A stretch of 59,939 bases of DNA, the filler included, from Sphacelaria rigidula (Eukaryota), in assembly GCA_964200075.2 (NCBI GenBank). It is 8 parts of 8 records of this genome, joined end to end, with 100 filler letters (N's around TTAATTAATTAA, not from the genome) between each part and the next. Parts side by side here need not be neighbours in the genome. Positions count along the whole stretch, not along the records: positions 1 to 7,406 come from CAXNAA020015071.1; positions 7,507 to 14,912 come from CAXNAA020015072.1; 6 more parts are not named here. The stretch is one strand, 5' to 3'. Position numbers and translations under genes: made by a program. The notes under the pieces are model-generated. The model did not search any database, was not told the DNA's origin, and saw only the letters and a list, made by a program, of their open reading frames with translations. Shown here in pieces: positions 1-13,333 of the stretch; within the stretch, counting starts at the first letter, position 1, and every line of letters begins with the position of its first letter.

Positions 1-2185
1 CGATATGCGGACCACGGCCCAATTCGTTTCCGGTGACGAAATATTGCTCTCCCAGATTAAATCCGTTTCTGGTCAACTCAGTCTAGGCACTCTCCAATAA
101 TACAAAAGATAAACTATCTATCCTTCGCCACGGGCCACGGAATATACAACAGATGTTTCCCAGAAGTGGAGTTCATCTTCATGTTAGGGCCCGACCGACC
201 AGGGAAAGTCGTTGAGAATTAACAGGGAAGTGCCGACCACAAGCTCTTTTTCTGCAGTTATTCATCAACCAAAGAAAGTTTCGCCGTCAGGTGGGTGTCC
301 TGACTGCTTGATACAGCATAATTAGCTTAGGGTCGGTGTGGATGATTAGGCGCAACATAACTAGCATTCAGTACAGTGCAGTGAAGCACAGTGTCATAGC
401 CAGGATGGCGTTTTCTGTTTTATCACACACCGCGTGTTTTACCTTCATTTCTAAACTGTACTGTAGTTAAAGGCCACTGAATGTTGTATGCTTCTCGAAC
501 CTCGAAGCCGCATATGCTTGTTGCACTGAGCACATGGCATCATGGGAAACAAGGCGGAACTGACTTAAGATGCAATCAGTGCAGTATGCGTGATGTCATC
601 ATGTGTCTCAGAGCAAGCCACGTGCTCAACTACTGCTGCGTCTGAAATGTATCCACAAGCATCAGACCACAATGCTTCGCTATAGCAAGCGAGCCGCGTC
701 CTTTTCCCAGCGTTGGGATTTCACCATCTGACCGCCTTCGGGGTCGTCTGCACCTCGCAGTCACTTTCCCAGTAATACTGCGTAGATATTACCCACCCTG
801 GCGGTCAGAGGATTGAATTATCATGCTTGTTTTCAAAAAAATCCAGCCGAGGTTGAAATTATCATGCCTCTTTTTCCAAAAAGACCCAGCTGAACTTGGG
901 GGCAATTTCGAGAGGCACCCGGGACTACCAACTCCACTAAGGGACCGAATTTCGGTGTTCATAGTCAAACAAAATATCAACGATGAGAGAGGGGGTCCTG
1001 AGAAATGGGAACGAACCATTTTGTGGGGACGAGTAAACCACGGACGCGTCCCGACGAAGAGGGGATTAACAGGGAGAAAAAAGGGGGGGAGGATGCGCTC
1101 CACGGTCCGTACTCTACAGCTTTAATCCGGAATTTTCAAACCCGCGGATTGGGCGGGGGGCGTCGAAGTATCCCAGATCTTCCGATGTGAACCCGACGGA
1201 TTCGTGGATGGCACTACTTTTTGAGCCCCCCCACCCCCACCCCCAACCCCCAAGCAGTACGGACAGTACTGTACACGGACAGTGCAAGAGGTACGCATTG
1301 CAGACAATGTGAGTCAGTGGTTGGACGTGCATCGTCTATCGTGGCGAGGTAACGCGTCCGAGATGGGTATCGATGCGACTATGGCGGTGGGTCAGAGCAG
1401 TCAGAACTCTGCGGGCGGTAGTTGGCGCATTTGCATATTTCTCCTAGTCGCGCATGGTAGTGGTACCACGTAATGATCTAGCCGCCGCCGTGTGGCTATG
1501 GGGTACAGTACAACAGTGCAGTATCATCAGCGAACCGTCGGTGTGTGATGGTATAAGTAACTCATTCAGCGAATAGGGGGAAGTCATCGCGTGGATTCGA
1601 TACATGTTTCATGTTCTGTCAGTATTCATTTGTCAGCTCGGAAAGCCGTGCCACGATACTCGTGCTTCACTCACAGGGCCGTACAAAGGCCGCCGTACCT
1701 AAAGATATGCACAATATGTACTTACAGCACAATATGTACTTACACAAACATCTAGAAAACACTATCTTTGTCCAAAATTCGCCAATCCATTCAGGAAAAC
1801 GGAGTTCCGAATCCGCCGCAACTCCGGAGCCCCGTTGGAATTTTTCGATTGGCTGATGCTGCGGAGATCCATCTATGTGCCCCAAGTCCGCATATCCGCT
1901 CCTATCTCGCATATTTCGGAAAAAGCGCATATCTACAACCCAGCGTCCAACCAAAAGTAAGAAAACTTCGGAACGCTGCAGCTTCCTATTTCTACCCAAA
2001 CCGCTTACACCCTGTATTCGCTACTAGACTACGCAGCAACAACACCCCGACGCACGCGTTCCCGTCACCCTTTTGCTGCATTCAGTCTCGTTTTCCACTC
2101 CCCCGACGTGCCGTACATGTACAACACCCGATGCACTGCTTGCCTTGCATCGTGCCCTGACGGGTAGTCAATGAGGAGCCCTCCT

Positions 2186-3147
2186 CTAGTTTTTTTTCGT
2201 ATTATATTTGATCCATGTCAATACACTCCTATGGTTCTGAGAGTAAGCGTAATCTCTACACGCTGCCGCGTCCCATGGACACCCGTTCTGCCGGGCCCAA
2301 ATCAACACGTCCAGGCACCCCGACAAGGCCGCCATCTTACACGTTTCCCCGTCCCAAGGGCAGCCGTTCTCTCGTGCCCATTTGACGACGTGCAGATGCC
2401 CGGCGTGCGCCGCCTGCGCACAGGTCTGAGCGTTCCACGGGCATCCGTTGAAACGAGCCCACTGAAGGACGTCTATGTGGCCGTTCATCGCCGCGGCCGT
2501 GCACGTACTCTCCTCCCAGGGGCATCCCTGCTCCCTCAGGATCTTCAATATCGTTTGGTTGCCTTCTTCAGCAGCCTGTATACAAGGAGAGTATACTTTC
2601 TTAGGGAACGGGCATCCCTTCCGGACCAAGTACCGTAGTAGGTCCACGTGTCCGCCTTTGGCGGCAGCGCTGCTGATCTTGTGCGTGAATTTGCATCCCT
2701 TACCCTCCGCCCATCGGAGAACATTCAGCTGCCCTCCCCTGGCAGCGGATTCAGCCAACGGTGTAAGGCGGCGAGAGAGCCAGACACTGCTCTCGGTGTC
2801 TGCCGCTGCCTGGACAGCTTCGAGGTCTCCCATCGTCGCCAACTCGTAAATAGACATGTCGGATACTGTCCCCTTGGGGGAAGGACATCCCTTATCGCGC
2901 AAGTAGCGCAGCAGGTCCATGTGACCACCGTTGGCCGCGGCGGTGCTGATTCTGTGCGTTAGCTTGCATCCCTTACCCTCCGCCCATTGGACAATAGCCA
3001 AGTGTCCCGCCCTGGCCGCGGATTCCGTTAGTTTTGGGAGGCGGCGAAGGAGCCAGTGTTTGCCCCCAGCTGCTGCCGCTGCCTGAACCGCTCCAAGCTC
3101 TCCCGCCTTCGCCAATTCATGAATAGACGGGTCTTTCGACCCCCCGC
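2186..3147 (-). CDS. Ankyrin-repeat protein of the GCPW type (last exon; 5' structure unresolved)
   Basis: Repeated 'AA..GHL.VL.WAR.NGCPWD..TC' motifs in the 309-aa ORF. The frame stays open upstream (SKDPSIHELAK) to a probable cag acceptor at 3148-3150. Family known from brown algae and large DNA viruses. Confidence 0.85.
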
Positions 3148-4309
3148 CTGCGCATCACACACGATCGGGAGTTTGAAATAACTCGTCCAGATATCCCGTT
3201 CACCTTTGCAGCCTCTGTCGAAACTGTGGTGCTACGCTGCTGTACGTGATACTTCGGAGTTCCGGCTTGACGAAACACAGATCAAGAGAGCCCGACACAA
3301 CGTTGGGCTTAGGCGTCGGGGTATCCAGGTATTGTACTGCGTATACGTCAGACTTGCCAACACTCCACGAGCTTCGACGTTGAAGGTCGAGCGTATGAAC
3401 GCTCATCACTATACGTTCTGCACACTCCCGAACGGTTGAGGGAACACCAACGGGAGGTGCCATCGAACTATTGGAGCAGCGCTTGGCATAGGCATATGTA
3501 TCGACATCAAAGTATGCACTTTGGGACACCGAGCATCCTCACCTGCGGTGTCGTTGGGTTCTGCACCGCTTGGCCCCTCTTGTGCCTCGCGCTCAATACC
3601 GCCTGGCGATTGCTGCAGCTCGATAAACTCGGAGACTTCCTAGGTGTGCCAATGAAAACAGTGGAGGGAGGGTAAAAGGTTGACGAACAGGTCAGCACCA
3701 TCACGGAACCGCTTCTGTCGTACTACCGGTAGCTGGTGCAGAGGATCTTCACCATGTTTAAGCCTTCCTCCCAAGCATACCTTGTGTGAGTCACGTATGG
3801 ATTGACTGCATAGAATCGCCTAAGAAAGTACGCGCTGATATTCTCACCATAGGGACGGGCGAGTCGATCGCTGGGGGCGTTGACGAGCTCCCCCCTCCCG
3901 CATCACTTCTACGGTCTGATCAATACGATAAGCGGCCGAGGGGCGCGAAACGCGGGTGGTATGTTGAAGGACTTCCCCTCAGCGCCAAAATGACCTCACC
4001 AGAGCCCGGGCATAGTGCTGTAAAATATTCCACTGTAATCGTCAGTGACAGTTGCAATACAGACAGAAGTAGTCGTGGCTCCTTGCGGACGAGCATTTCG
4101 ACAGTCAGACACAAGCCGACTTGAAAGTACATGAAACAGATGAAGCGTTGCTTTGCTGAAATCAGACCGACATAGGCGCAAACGGCTTACTCTCAAAGAT
4201 AGGTGTATGCAGTCAGACTTTGCCCAAAGTGGGAAGAGATGATAGCCGCAGGCATACCTGGCTGATGTGAAAGAAGGACTGGTGAGCACAGGGCTACATA
4301 CACATCTAC

Positions 4310-4702
4310 TCATGGCGGCAATTTCCCGTAGCGATACTTACGTTTCTTCTCTGGCGTCGACTCCAGTACCAAGTGATCCTCGTCCGCTTCTAGTGCAGCC
4401 CGCCGTTTTCCTCGACGAGAGATTCTGTTGTTCTCCACAACAGTGGCTACATCAATAACGGAGACATCATCATCTTGCGCCTGGTGCATGTGACGCCCGC
4501 CGTAAAGAGCGGCGGGGGGCTCTTGGCCTGTACAAAAAATGCACACGGCGGGTGGGGGAAACGGTGAGAGATATGGTACACACGAACCGCAGGTCGTGCA
4601 CCGCTCAAAATCTCCGTTAAAAGCATAACACGGACAGTTTGGGGTCTTCACATTATGCATATAGCTGCCACAGTACGTGCCTCCTGTTTTTTTAGGAGAC
4701 AC
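4310..4702 (-). CDS. Hypothetical small Cys-rich protein or exon (possible Zn-binding N-terminus, basic C-terminus)
   Basis: ORF with CPC, CxxCxxC and CxxC motifs followed by acidic and KR-rich (PEKKRKYR) segments. No family recognised. Confidence 0.3.
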   Translation of the reverse strand: MSPKKTGGTYCGSYMHNVKTPNCPCYAFNGDFERCTTCGSCVPYLSPFPPPAVCIFCTGQEPPAALYGGRHMHQAQDDDVSVIDVATVVENNRISRRGKRRAALEADEDHLVLESTPEKKRKYRYGKLPP

Positions 4703-7406
4703 CGGGTACGGGGGAGAGGAACAAGAGCATTACGAGCTGCCACCTCCAGCAGAAATGCAAAGCTTGGGCGAACCGTGAAAACACGCTCTCGATCACAACT
4801 TGCGCTCTGCGACGGCGGAGAAGTGCTGGGCGATGTGATGATATGCTTGGCGCGAGAAAGACGTCCATTTTCCCTACCCCTGCGTGCGTGGTGGAAGCTC
4901 TGAATAAAGAGGGCGTGAAGCCACCACATAGTTCGCCCGAAAAAAACCGACAAGCTGGTTGGCGCCAAGGGCAGATGGACCCAGGACTATATTTCCGAAA
5001 GTACACCCCGGGTTTGGCCGTGGTGCTTGGTGAAAGGCAAATAAGCCGGTACGGAATCTATTCTGCGGGTGCCACGAGTGTTGTTGCTCGGAGCTTGTAC
5101 AGCGGCGCGGGTTGACTACATAGGGTACTGGGGGCTAGTCCTCACCAGCCTGGAAATATTGCAGTGACTGTCCAAAAAAGTAGAGAGGAAAAGTAATGAC
5201 TACATCATACCACGGAGTATGTATTTGTGTAGATTTGGCCGATCTAGGGTCAGTCAAGACTCATGGAGAAGACCCCCTTTCCGCATGTTCCGTATGGGGC
5301 GGGAACATGTCTGTCTTTTGCGGCTTCTTTTCACAAGGCACGGATGCAGCACAAATTCCCAATAGATGTACGCCTGAAGAATTCCAAGCAACAGCCGCGT
5401 TCGTGGCGCGCTTTCCCTGATCCCGTAATTCTGTACAAAATTAGTACCTTCACGGGACAAATACCACACAAAGACTGTTTCATTTTTAGTCTGAATGTGC
5501 AGGGCACACTATCGTTGAGAATAATGAACACCTGCACACGTATTTGAACCGGAGATGAGTACGTCACGGAGAGCTGTTCAAACAGTACATGAGCGAGCGG
5601 ACCGAAGGCACTCACATTTCTCACCGACGGGTCTGCGGTACCGTGTGTAGCCGGTATATCGGAATCAGTATCGAAAGCTCGAGAGAACGGAGCCACCATA
5701 CCCCGGGGAAGCACTCTACGTATCGCTGTGTATTTCTGCCTTAATCCTGGCTCTAGATGTCAAGAGAGAAGATACGCCCCGCTTTGGAGTACCTTCGGCG
5801 ACAGAATTGGGACAACGATCTCCCCCAAGAAAACCTGGATATTCGCTTCCTTCGGCTGTGTTAGTAGCCGTTGCGCAGAACCCCACTCGCAATATAACAC
5901 AACAAACACATGATGACAACGGCGACATCAGTGCGACGGTGGAGCATTTTCTCTCCTAATATCTAGAGAAAGGGCTAGCCGTAAGCCCGGTGGTCGGCGG
6001 AGACGCACCCAGAGCCTTCCGGGGGTATGGTGACTCCGTTATCTTGGGCTCATGATTCGCTTTCCCCTACCGGTCGCCCAGGGTACCGGGGACTCCGTCC
6101 GTCAGAGGTGTAAGGCCTTGGGGCCGAGTGCGTATTCCCAACAGTTGCTGTGGCTCAAAACAGCCGTGCAAAAGCCGGTTCTTTGGCATATGATTTCCCA
6201 ATCGCTCAACTCTGTACAATAATGGTACACTTTCAGAGCAAAAGTCACGAGTATACGTGCGCTCTCTAGTCTCAAGCCTCTTATTTAAACCACGAAAAAA
6301 ACGACGGCAAAAAAAGGCCCACCTGTCGGCTCTTGTGCTGCAACCTCTGGACTGCTTCCCGGCTCTTCCGCAGCGCTCTGGCCTCTCGATCTAGGTGGAG
6401 AGTCCTGGGGGGGGGGTTAACGGAGAGAATAGGGAGTGCGCTGGCAGTGAAAATACGAAAAATTGACTCGTCCTTCGAAAATGCGTCCACCGTTCTTGCA
6501 AAATAGAGTTTGACATGCTAGAGCCCAATCGTTGTCAAATACAAGGCTCCGATGGTTGACGCCGCAGAGCTAAACGACAGCGACCTCAGCCAAGGCATTC
6601 AAATCATCAGCGGCACAACAGGCCAGCGCCAGTTGGACATGGGCGGCTACTGATTTCGTGGTAGAACAGCCATTCGCGTAATTTTGGTGCGGAATTGATG
6701 GTAGGGTGGGGACTTTACACAGTGTATCGATACAAAGAGCTGATGGAGCACGGTGAGATTACTCTGAGTTAAGCCTCTAGCACACCCAAAAAGGCTCTCT
6801 CGAAAAGTCATTATCCGAAAAAGCTGAGGGAGAAACGCCGACAAAGTTCATCAGACTCATCTAGGGTTTGATTTTGGTTCCCATAATATTGCGGTCTCAG
6901 TATGGTGTGTTGCTTTCGCAGAGCAAAATGCTCCAGCCAATGCCGTAGGCATACGCCAGCCCTTTGTATGGTTGAATGCGCGTGGGCCTCTGCTCATCTC
7001 GGTGTTCATGCTTGCATTACTGTGTAGAAATGACGCATTAACGAAGAGCAGGGGAGCAATGAACAATTGCACGATTGCGTGCGTAAATCACATTCGTCCA
7101 TGCTCTGCTCTGAAAATATGTGCTCAAGGCATTGGATTCATCACTCGTCAAAACCGGTGGTTATGTGCATAGTTTTATCTTCTCCGACCGTTCAGGTTGA
7201 TCGGTGTGGTGCTGTAGCGGAGGCGACCGCTGGGTTTTTTTTTTGCCACACGTCTCACTCCTCTCCTTCCTCGAGACGAGTCCGTAGTCTCATGGGACCA
7301 ATCCATCTGCCCCCGGTACCCTGCATTAGACAGTAGGGAGAAAACGATGGCTATCCAAGGAGATAGATGGTGGCCACAGACGGCGAACCAGGGCGGGGAT
7401 AAGGTA

Positions 7407-7506
7407 NNNNNNNNNNNNNNNNNNNNNNNNNNNNNNNNNNNNNNNNNNNNTTAATTAATTAANNNNNNNNNNNNNNNNNNNNNNNNNNNNNNNNNNNNNN
7501 NNNNNN
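7407..7506. other. Artificial scaffold linker (N44-TTAATTAATTAA-N44). Identical linkers at 14913-15012, 22418-22517, 29923-30022, 37428-37527, 44932-45031 and 52436-52535
   Basis: Seven identical 100-bp spacers with a six-frame-stop palindrome. Segments between them are 7406, 7406, 7405, 7405, 7405, 7404, 7404 and 7404 bp. Confidence 0.97.
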
Positions 7507-7544
<38 letters not shown>

Positions 7545-7730
7545 TAATAATAATAATAATAGTAATAGTAATAATAATAGTAATAGTAATAATAATAGTA
7601 ATAGTAATAATAATAGTAATAGTAATAGTAATAGTAATAGTAATAGTAATAGTAATAGTAATAGTAATAATAACTGCAATAACAATAATTGTAGTTGTAA
7701 TAATAATAATGATGATGATAATAGTAATGA
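7507..7730. repeat. (AAT)n/(AGTAAT)n microsatellite at scaffold start
   Basis: Directly visible. It explains the poly-I and poly-L ORFs. Confidence 0.95.
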
Positions 7731-7733
7731 TAA

Positions 7734-8213
7734 GGCCGCTCCTTGTAACAAACAAAGATAAAAATCTGGGAAAATGCCTTTTAGGAGCTTTCATATCGTT
7801 TTACGCCCCAAAAGAGGGCTAGGCTGATTTTGACACCGTGGAATGACTTGCTCTACTAGTTGAGGCGGTTCCAGGACATCTTCCCGTTTTCCGGTGGCCG
7901 CAGTTTTGATTTCGACCAAAGAAGAATTTTTGTCGAAGAAAGGTAAAAAATAGTCAAGTCAAGAAAAAACTGGCGATTTTTTTCCTAGATTTGACTGTTT
8001 TTTACGGTTCTTCAACAAAAAAAAATGTTTGGTCAAAATAAAGACTGCGGTCACCGGAGAACGGGAAGATGTCCTGGAACCGCCTCAAACAGTAGAGCAA
8101 GTCATTCCAAGGTGTCAAACTCCGCCTAGCTCTCTATTGGGGCGTACAATGACGAAAAGCTCCAAAAAGGCATTTTGCCAGATTTCTATTTTTTTCTGTT
8201 ATAAGGAGCGGCC
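7734..8213. mobile_element. Foldback MITE, PIF/Harbinger (Tourist)-like, TAA target duplication
   Basis: Ends GGCCGCTCCTT...AAGGAGCGGCC. Imperfect inverted arms of ~230 bp cover nearly the whole element. TAA at 7731-7733 and 8214-8216. Confidence 0.85.
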
Positions 8214-9801
8214 TAATAATAAATATAATGATAATAATAATGGTGAGATGCGTGACAACCATTGTCGGCACATGATATTTCGTGAGTCACCTGTCGAATG
8301 AAGGGGGATGGCAAGCAAAATTTTGAAGGGGTAAGCGAGACATGCTTCACTATTTGGGATGAGCGTATGATCCCCGTGCTGTTCGACGGCGTACTTTCTG
8401 CTACAAGTGAAAGCAACAAGATCAAGGATAACGCGTGACGCACGCCCGACGATCTGAGCCGGCAGCATAGGTTACAACCGAATTGCACCTTACAACTCCA
8501 CGTGATACCATACCAGTAGCACACATATATATCCTATATTTATGCATCAAATGTGCATACACAGTAACTTTCGCGCCAGCTCCATCGTGTACCCGCTGTG
8601 GCATCCATCGGAGCCCTCATTGCCCCCTCGTGGTTCATCAATACGTGGTCTAGTCGCAAAGACCCGCCACCAAAGTACAATAAACTCCCAGAAAGCAGTA
8701 GCATACGGTATACAAATGTGTGTGTACACGACACGTGGCGGCTTATTTCCTGTCCGCATCATGACATTAAGAAGGAAAAAAAAAAAAGAGGAGGACCCTT
8801 GTTATTTTATGGAGAGAAGACGCACGACAGTGTACGTATTGACGATGGAATCGAAGCCGTCGATGAGAAACGACCGGCAGGTATTACTCTAAGCAAAGCG
8901 AATAGTTTCCGGAATTCCCCATGGCAGAATACGGTGTGGCCCATGGAGTTCATTTGGTTTGATTTCACTGATTGACTGACTGATTGGTGTGGTTTGGTTT
9001 TTGGTTTCATCTCATCTGATCTCATCTGATTTGAACTGAACTAAACTGAACTGAGCTGATTTGATTTAATTTTATTGTCGTGCATCAGGTGATGCCCCAG
9101 GAATTCAGCCTTCGTCACGAGAAAGGCCTCTTCAAGGTGCAAAATAGCGGAAAGGATCGCTGGAGGATAACCCAGGAAAGAGGAAAGACACGCAGAGTAA
9201 ACTGAGCACTATCGCGACAAACGACAAATCGCGCAAAAATCAACAACAACAACAACAACAACAACAACAAAGGGGGGAAAAGGATGAGGATACGGCAAAT
9301 ACAAGAATTACGCCAAGACAGATAGATCTAGTACCGGTCCTGACAGAAAAGAAGCAAGAATCGGTACATGGCTTTAAATATGGAGGTCGTTGAATACACA
9401 CACATAAACACACACACGTCTGTGGGAGAGGGGGCATACAGCCTCAACAAGGGTGTATTTGCCGTCAACCAATCGCAGCGTCGACGATATAGAAAGAGAA
9501 AATGCTGGACCCATCGCGTGATAAGTACAAGGCAGGCACCAACGACCCCCCCCCTTCCAGCTTCAGCCTTCAGACCTCCGGGTTCTCCCACGGAGGAGTA
9601 ATCCTCCGGGGAAAGAGAGAGTCAATAACGTATGTACAGAATACACAGTTCGACACAGGATAGCGTGATATCGCTATTCGTATAGATACATCTATCTGTG
9701 CATTCGACTGCCACACTACGAATCACCACACGAACCATAGCGTAATTTCAATCTCGACACGTGTACTGTACTTGTACCGATCAATGTGCAGCACAACATA
9801 C

Positions 9802-12800
9802 CGGATCGGGGAAGACGCACAGCGAGAAAGTGTCCACAACGGTATCGAAGGAATCAGGAGGGAAGTCGAGATGCGCGACATCCATCTCCTCCAGACGCAC
9901 CAGATGCCCCAAGCCGAGAGACGAAACACGACCGGACGCCTGTTTTTTTTTTGTCAATCATCAAACAAAACATGACGGCGGCGTGCTTATGTTGTGGTGG
10001 TGGTAGTGTGAGGTAGGAAATGCACACACGTACGCAAATTATTGTGTTCCGTTTTCAAGCTGACGCGTGTGTAGAACCCTGCCCTTCGGGGCGCCGTGTC
10101 TTCCTCGTACGTGCTATAGATATATTCTTGTGTGTTTTTCTCTTTTGTATTTTGTGCCTTTCTGTACCAAACGTTTGTGACTACGGGCGCTGGATTTTCG
10201 GGAAACGACTAATGTGAGAGAGAGACAATATCGACGACGACAACAACAACAACAACAACAACATTCACACATACTAGCGAAGCTCAGACGGGACTGAAAC
10301 GACTGCCCAGTTCATGACGTTAAGATGTCAAAATGAACAGTGAGGAACTCAGCCAGTGCTGACCGATTCGCGACTGCTTCACTCAGTGGTTACGGTGTGA
10401 TGTTCACAAACAAAAGTAGCAGGATTCAGTTTTTGATCAAGGTGGTACAATAGGCACTGTGGCCTAAGCATTCGGCGCTGGCTGAGTAGCTCAGTGATTA
10501 TTGCGTCGCCTCACACGGACACGTAACACCACACAACACGAACAATACGACGGGTGCGACTGAAACCGGAGAATCTCGTGTCCAATCAGCTGATTTCGCC
10601 TCGACCAATAGCAACTGTGGAAACGGCGAGGACACGCTCTCACGAAACGACCAGAGGTATCACAACATACACTTACCCCTGCTTCCCCCCCAGCCCCCAG
10701 CGCGCGGGCTCGCACGATAAATTTTACAGGGCCGAACACAATGTATACGTGCACGGTAGCGGGGCCATACGCCCTTCTCAGCTGCGAGTGAGCGGCTTCG
10801 TTCAGCTGCTGTGTGCGCGATCATCTTGAAACGTAGCCCCTTTTACTTTCCGTTTTTTTTTCACACTTCTAACCCCTCCCCTTCCTCAGGACGAGACCTT
10901 GATCTCAAGGGGATCAAGCAATCTCTCTCCGATGCACGTCTCTCATCTTGGTCTGGCGGAGTGGATCATGACTATCAGCACTCCCGCATCGCGTCAACTC
11001 TCATCAAACAAACTCTTCAAAGAAAAACAAATGTTTTCCCACGTCCCCATGCTTTCAATGGCGAAAATCACATGCTACCACTTCGAAAAAAAAAAACGAA
11101 CGCATCTTGCGGACATCGAACTGGCGTTTTCTGCACCCTAATGGAATCAGTTGGACTATTATGAGTCAGTTGAATCATGACCACCAGACCACCGCGGCGC
11201 AGCAGTACGTAGCGCTTCCCGCGACTCTTCGTACTTGCTGGCAGTACGATGCGTGTGGTAGCCGCCACTCAAGACCCGCGACGCAACTGCATGCCGGCTT
11301 GGGGATGATCTGCCGCTTCAACGCCTTCCTTTTCATCCTACTTGGCGTAACCTCATGTGCTCATCTGAGGTTCCCCACAGTTTGCCACGGGTCGTGATAA
11401 CAGCTCTATCCGGGTCAGGTTCAATTGCTTGACGGCGCACTTGTGTGGCTGGCCACACTAGCCGTGTGGTTTTCCTCAGATGGCTAAAAATTGTCCGATA
11501 GGCTCGGTAGGTTTGCGGGGGGCGGCCTGGTCGCGAACAGCTCGCCGCACCGTGTGGGAACTACGGAACTCAGGCAGCACATTAGATGGAGAACGAGAAC
11601 GTTCACAGGGTAGGACGAATGATCGACGTTTATCTTCACCAAATCTACGATCTCTGAAGTGAGATTCCTCGAAGGATAGAGAGAAGTTGACCGCAGGTCA
11701 GGAACGTCCCTACGCAATTTTTGCGCTATTCCGCGTGCCTGTGGTGCGCGTGCCTGGGATGCAATACTTAAAACAAAGGCCAAGGATTGATTCGTACGGT
11801 GCGGATCAATTACACCAAAAGCACGTCATTTACAGGCGAATTATTATTCGTTCGACCAGTGAAAAGATTTGAGTTCCAATCACGCCTGTGCAACTGATGA
11901 AACAATGCTTCGCGCAACAATCAAATAATGTATTGTATACTTCCTCCAACACATGAGTAAAAGTGCGTTATGTTTACACGAGCCCGCAACCGTTTCCGGT
12001 GCCAATAACGATGCTATTTTTGAAATCCTTGGCATATTTTTAGTTGAAACACGCCGCTTTTAGCTTTGATCGCGCGGCCTCCTGCACGGGCCAGCGGCTA
12101 CAAAGAGAACAGTCGGCCCCAAAAAGACGGTTTTCGTCCCGTTTTCCGGAGATGGGGGAAAAAGTGGAAATTCGGAAAAGACGGCCAAAAACGCAAAAAG
12201 CATGCAAAAATTGTCATTTCGCTCTCGCTTCATTGTCGATCGACGATGCCCACGCATCATCTGGAAGCATGACTGCAGTTGTCGGCAAGGGAACACGTGG
12301 AAATAGGCAAAAATCATCAAAATTCGGCCGGAAACGGTACGAATCGGTCGAAATCGGCCTAAATGTGGTCAACCTTGACCTGCACATTCTCGACAATGCC
12401 AACTCGGATTTATCTTTATTTTTCTTTATTGAGCATCTCCGTGACTGTATATTTTCAACGAACCTAACTATAGCATTGCACACCATTCCGTTCAAAAGAT
12501 ATCACCTGTGCCCCATAACACACTTCACTTATGTGTCGGAGGAAGTATATACATATCATGATAAGGTACCGAACGTCATCTTAGCGAGGCCAACTTTCAA
12601 TTCTGTCAGTACGTCAGTCCACACACGGACCACGCGAAATCTTGTGGCGATATCCGTACCTGGCGGAGCATGCCCGGACTGAGATCTATGGCATCGATGG
12701 CGGTTACAGAATCTCGTCGGTAGTGTCGTAGGTTGAGGCCCGTGCCCACACCTACTTCGAGCACATGTCCGGTGGCGCGAGACAGCAGGTCCGCGCGCAT

Positions 12801-12803
12801 GTC
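9802..12803 (-). CDS. Class I SAM-dependent methyltransferase (Methyltransf_11; OMS1/METTL7-like), two internal exons 12803-12660 and 9939-9802
   Basis: Exon [29 protein letters not shown]...[10 protein letters not shown] (motif I) splices in phase 0 via GT-AG to exon [47 protein letters not shown] (motif II). Other exons not found on this scaffold. Confidence 0.9.
10860..11130 (-). mobile_element. SINE family B copy (diverged)
   Basis: Collinear similarity to 38320-38640, e.g. CTCCCGCATCGCGTC, and AACGCATCTTGCGGACATCGAACTGGCGTT vs AACGCATCTGGCGGGGATCGAGCCGGCGTT. Confidence 0.65.
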
Positions 12804-12867
12804 CTGAAGGAGGGGCCAAGGAAAATACATACACACTGGAGTGTTTGTTTCGTATATGTGACACGTG

Positions 12868-13172
12868 TACCTGGTGGTCTGATTAGTACAACTGAGACGG
12901 ACCGGTTACGTCGAAAGGCTCCAGGTACGGTTCTCGGCAAACGCGTCCGGTTTGAATTTTTTTCTCTCAGAAGTATCCGATTTCCGTCCTTGGAAACGTG
13001 AGAGCGTACGTGAGTAGAAACGAAGTTTCAATTGACGAGAGTAGATGGGTGTGCAGGAGTGCTGATCCAGTCCGTGTCGCCACAAGTACAAGGTGTACAC
13101 CGGGTGGGAGATGGGCTCATCCCTTATGACCACGGACTATTCCTGAGGAAGGGAGTGGGATGAAAATGTGAT
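12868..13172 (+). mobile_element. SINE family B copy, near full length, antisense in the methyltransferase intron
   Basis: Head CCTGGTGGTCTGATTAGTACAACTGAGAC resembles the family head CCCGGTGGTCTTGTGGTACAGCTGACAC. 3' part ATCCCTTATGACCACGGACTATTCCTGAGGAAGGGAG matches other copies. Confidence 0.6.
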
Positions 13173-13333
13173 GGGAAGAAAAAATATATGTACCAAAACA
13201 CACACGCACACGAGTCTATACTCCAGAGCATGACACTTGAGGACGACGGTAAGGGAAACAGCACCACGTTTCTGGCTCTAATCGATCGGGCGAAATCTGC
13301 CAAACGCCACGACAGTGAAAACAAAAGAGGGGA

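Noticed and set aside
7451..7462. TTAATTAATTAA recurring every ~7.5 kb as a biological periodic motif
   Set aside because: Always embedded in N44 runs. It is an assembly linker.
7455..7822. Poly-Leu/Ile/Val ORFs (and poly-T/N/C ORFs at 21131-21536)
   Set aside because: Translations of microsatellites.
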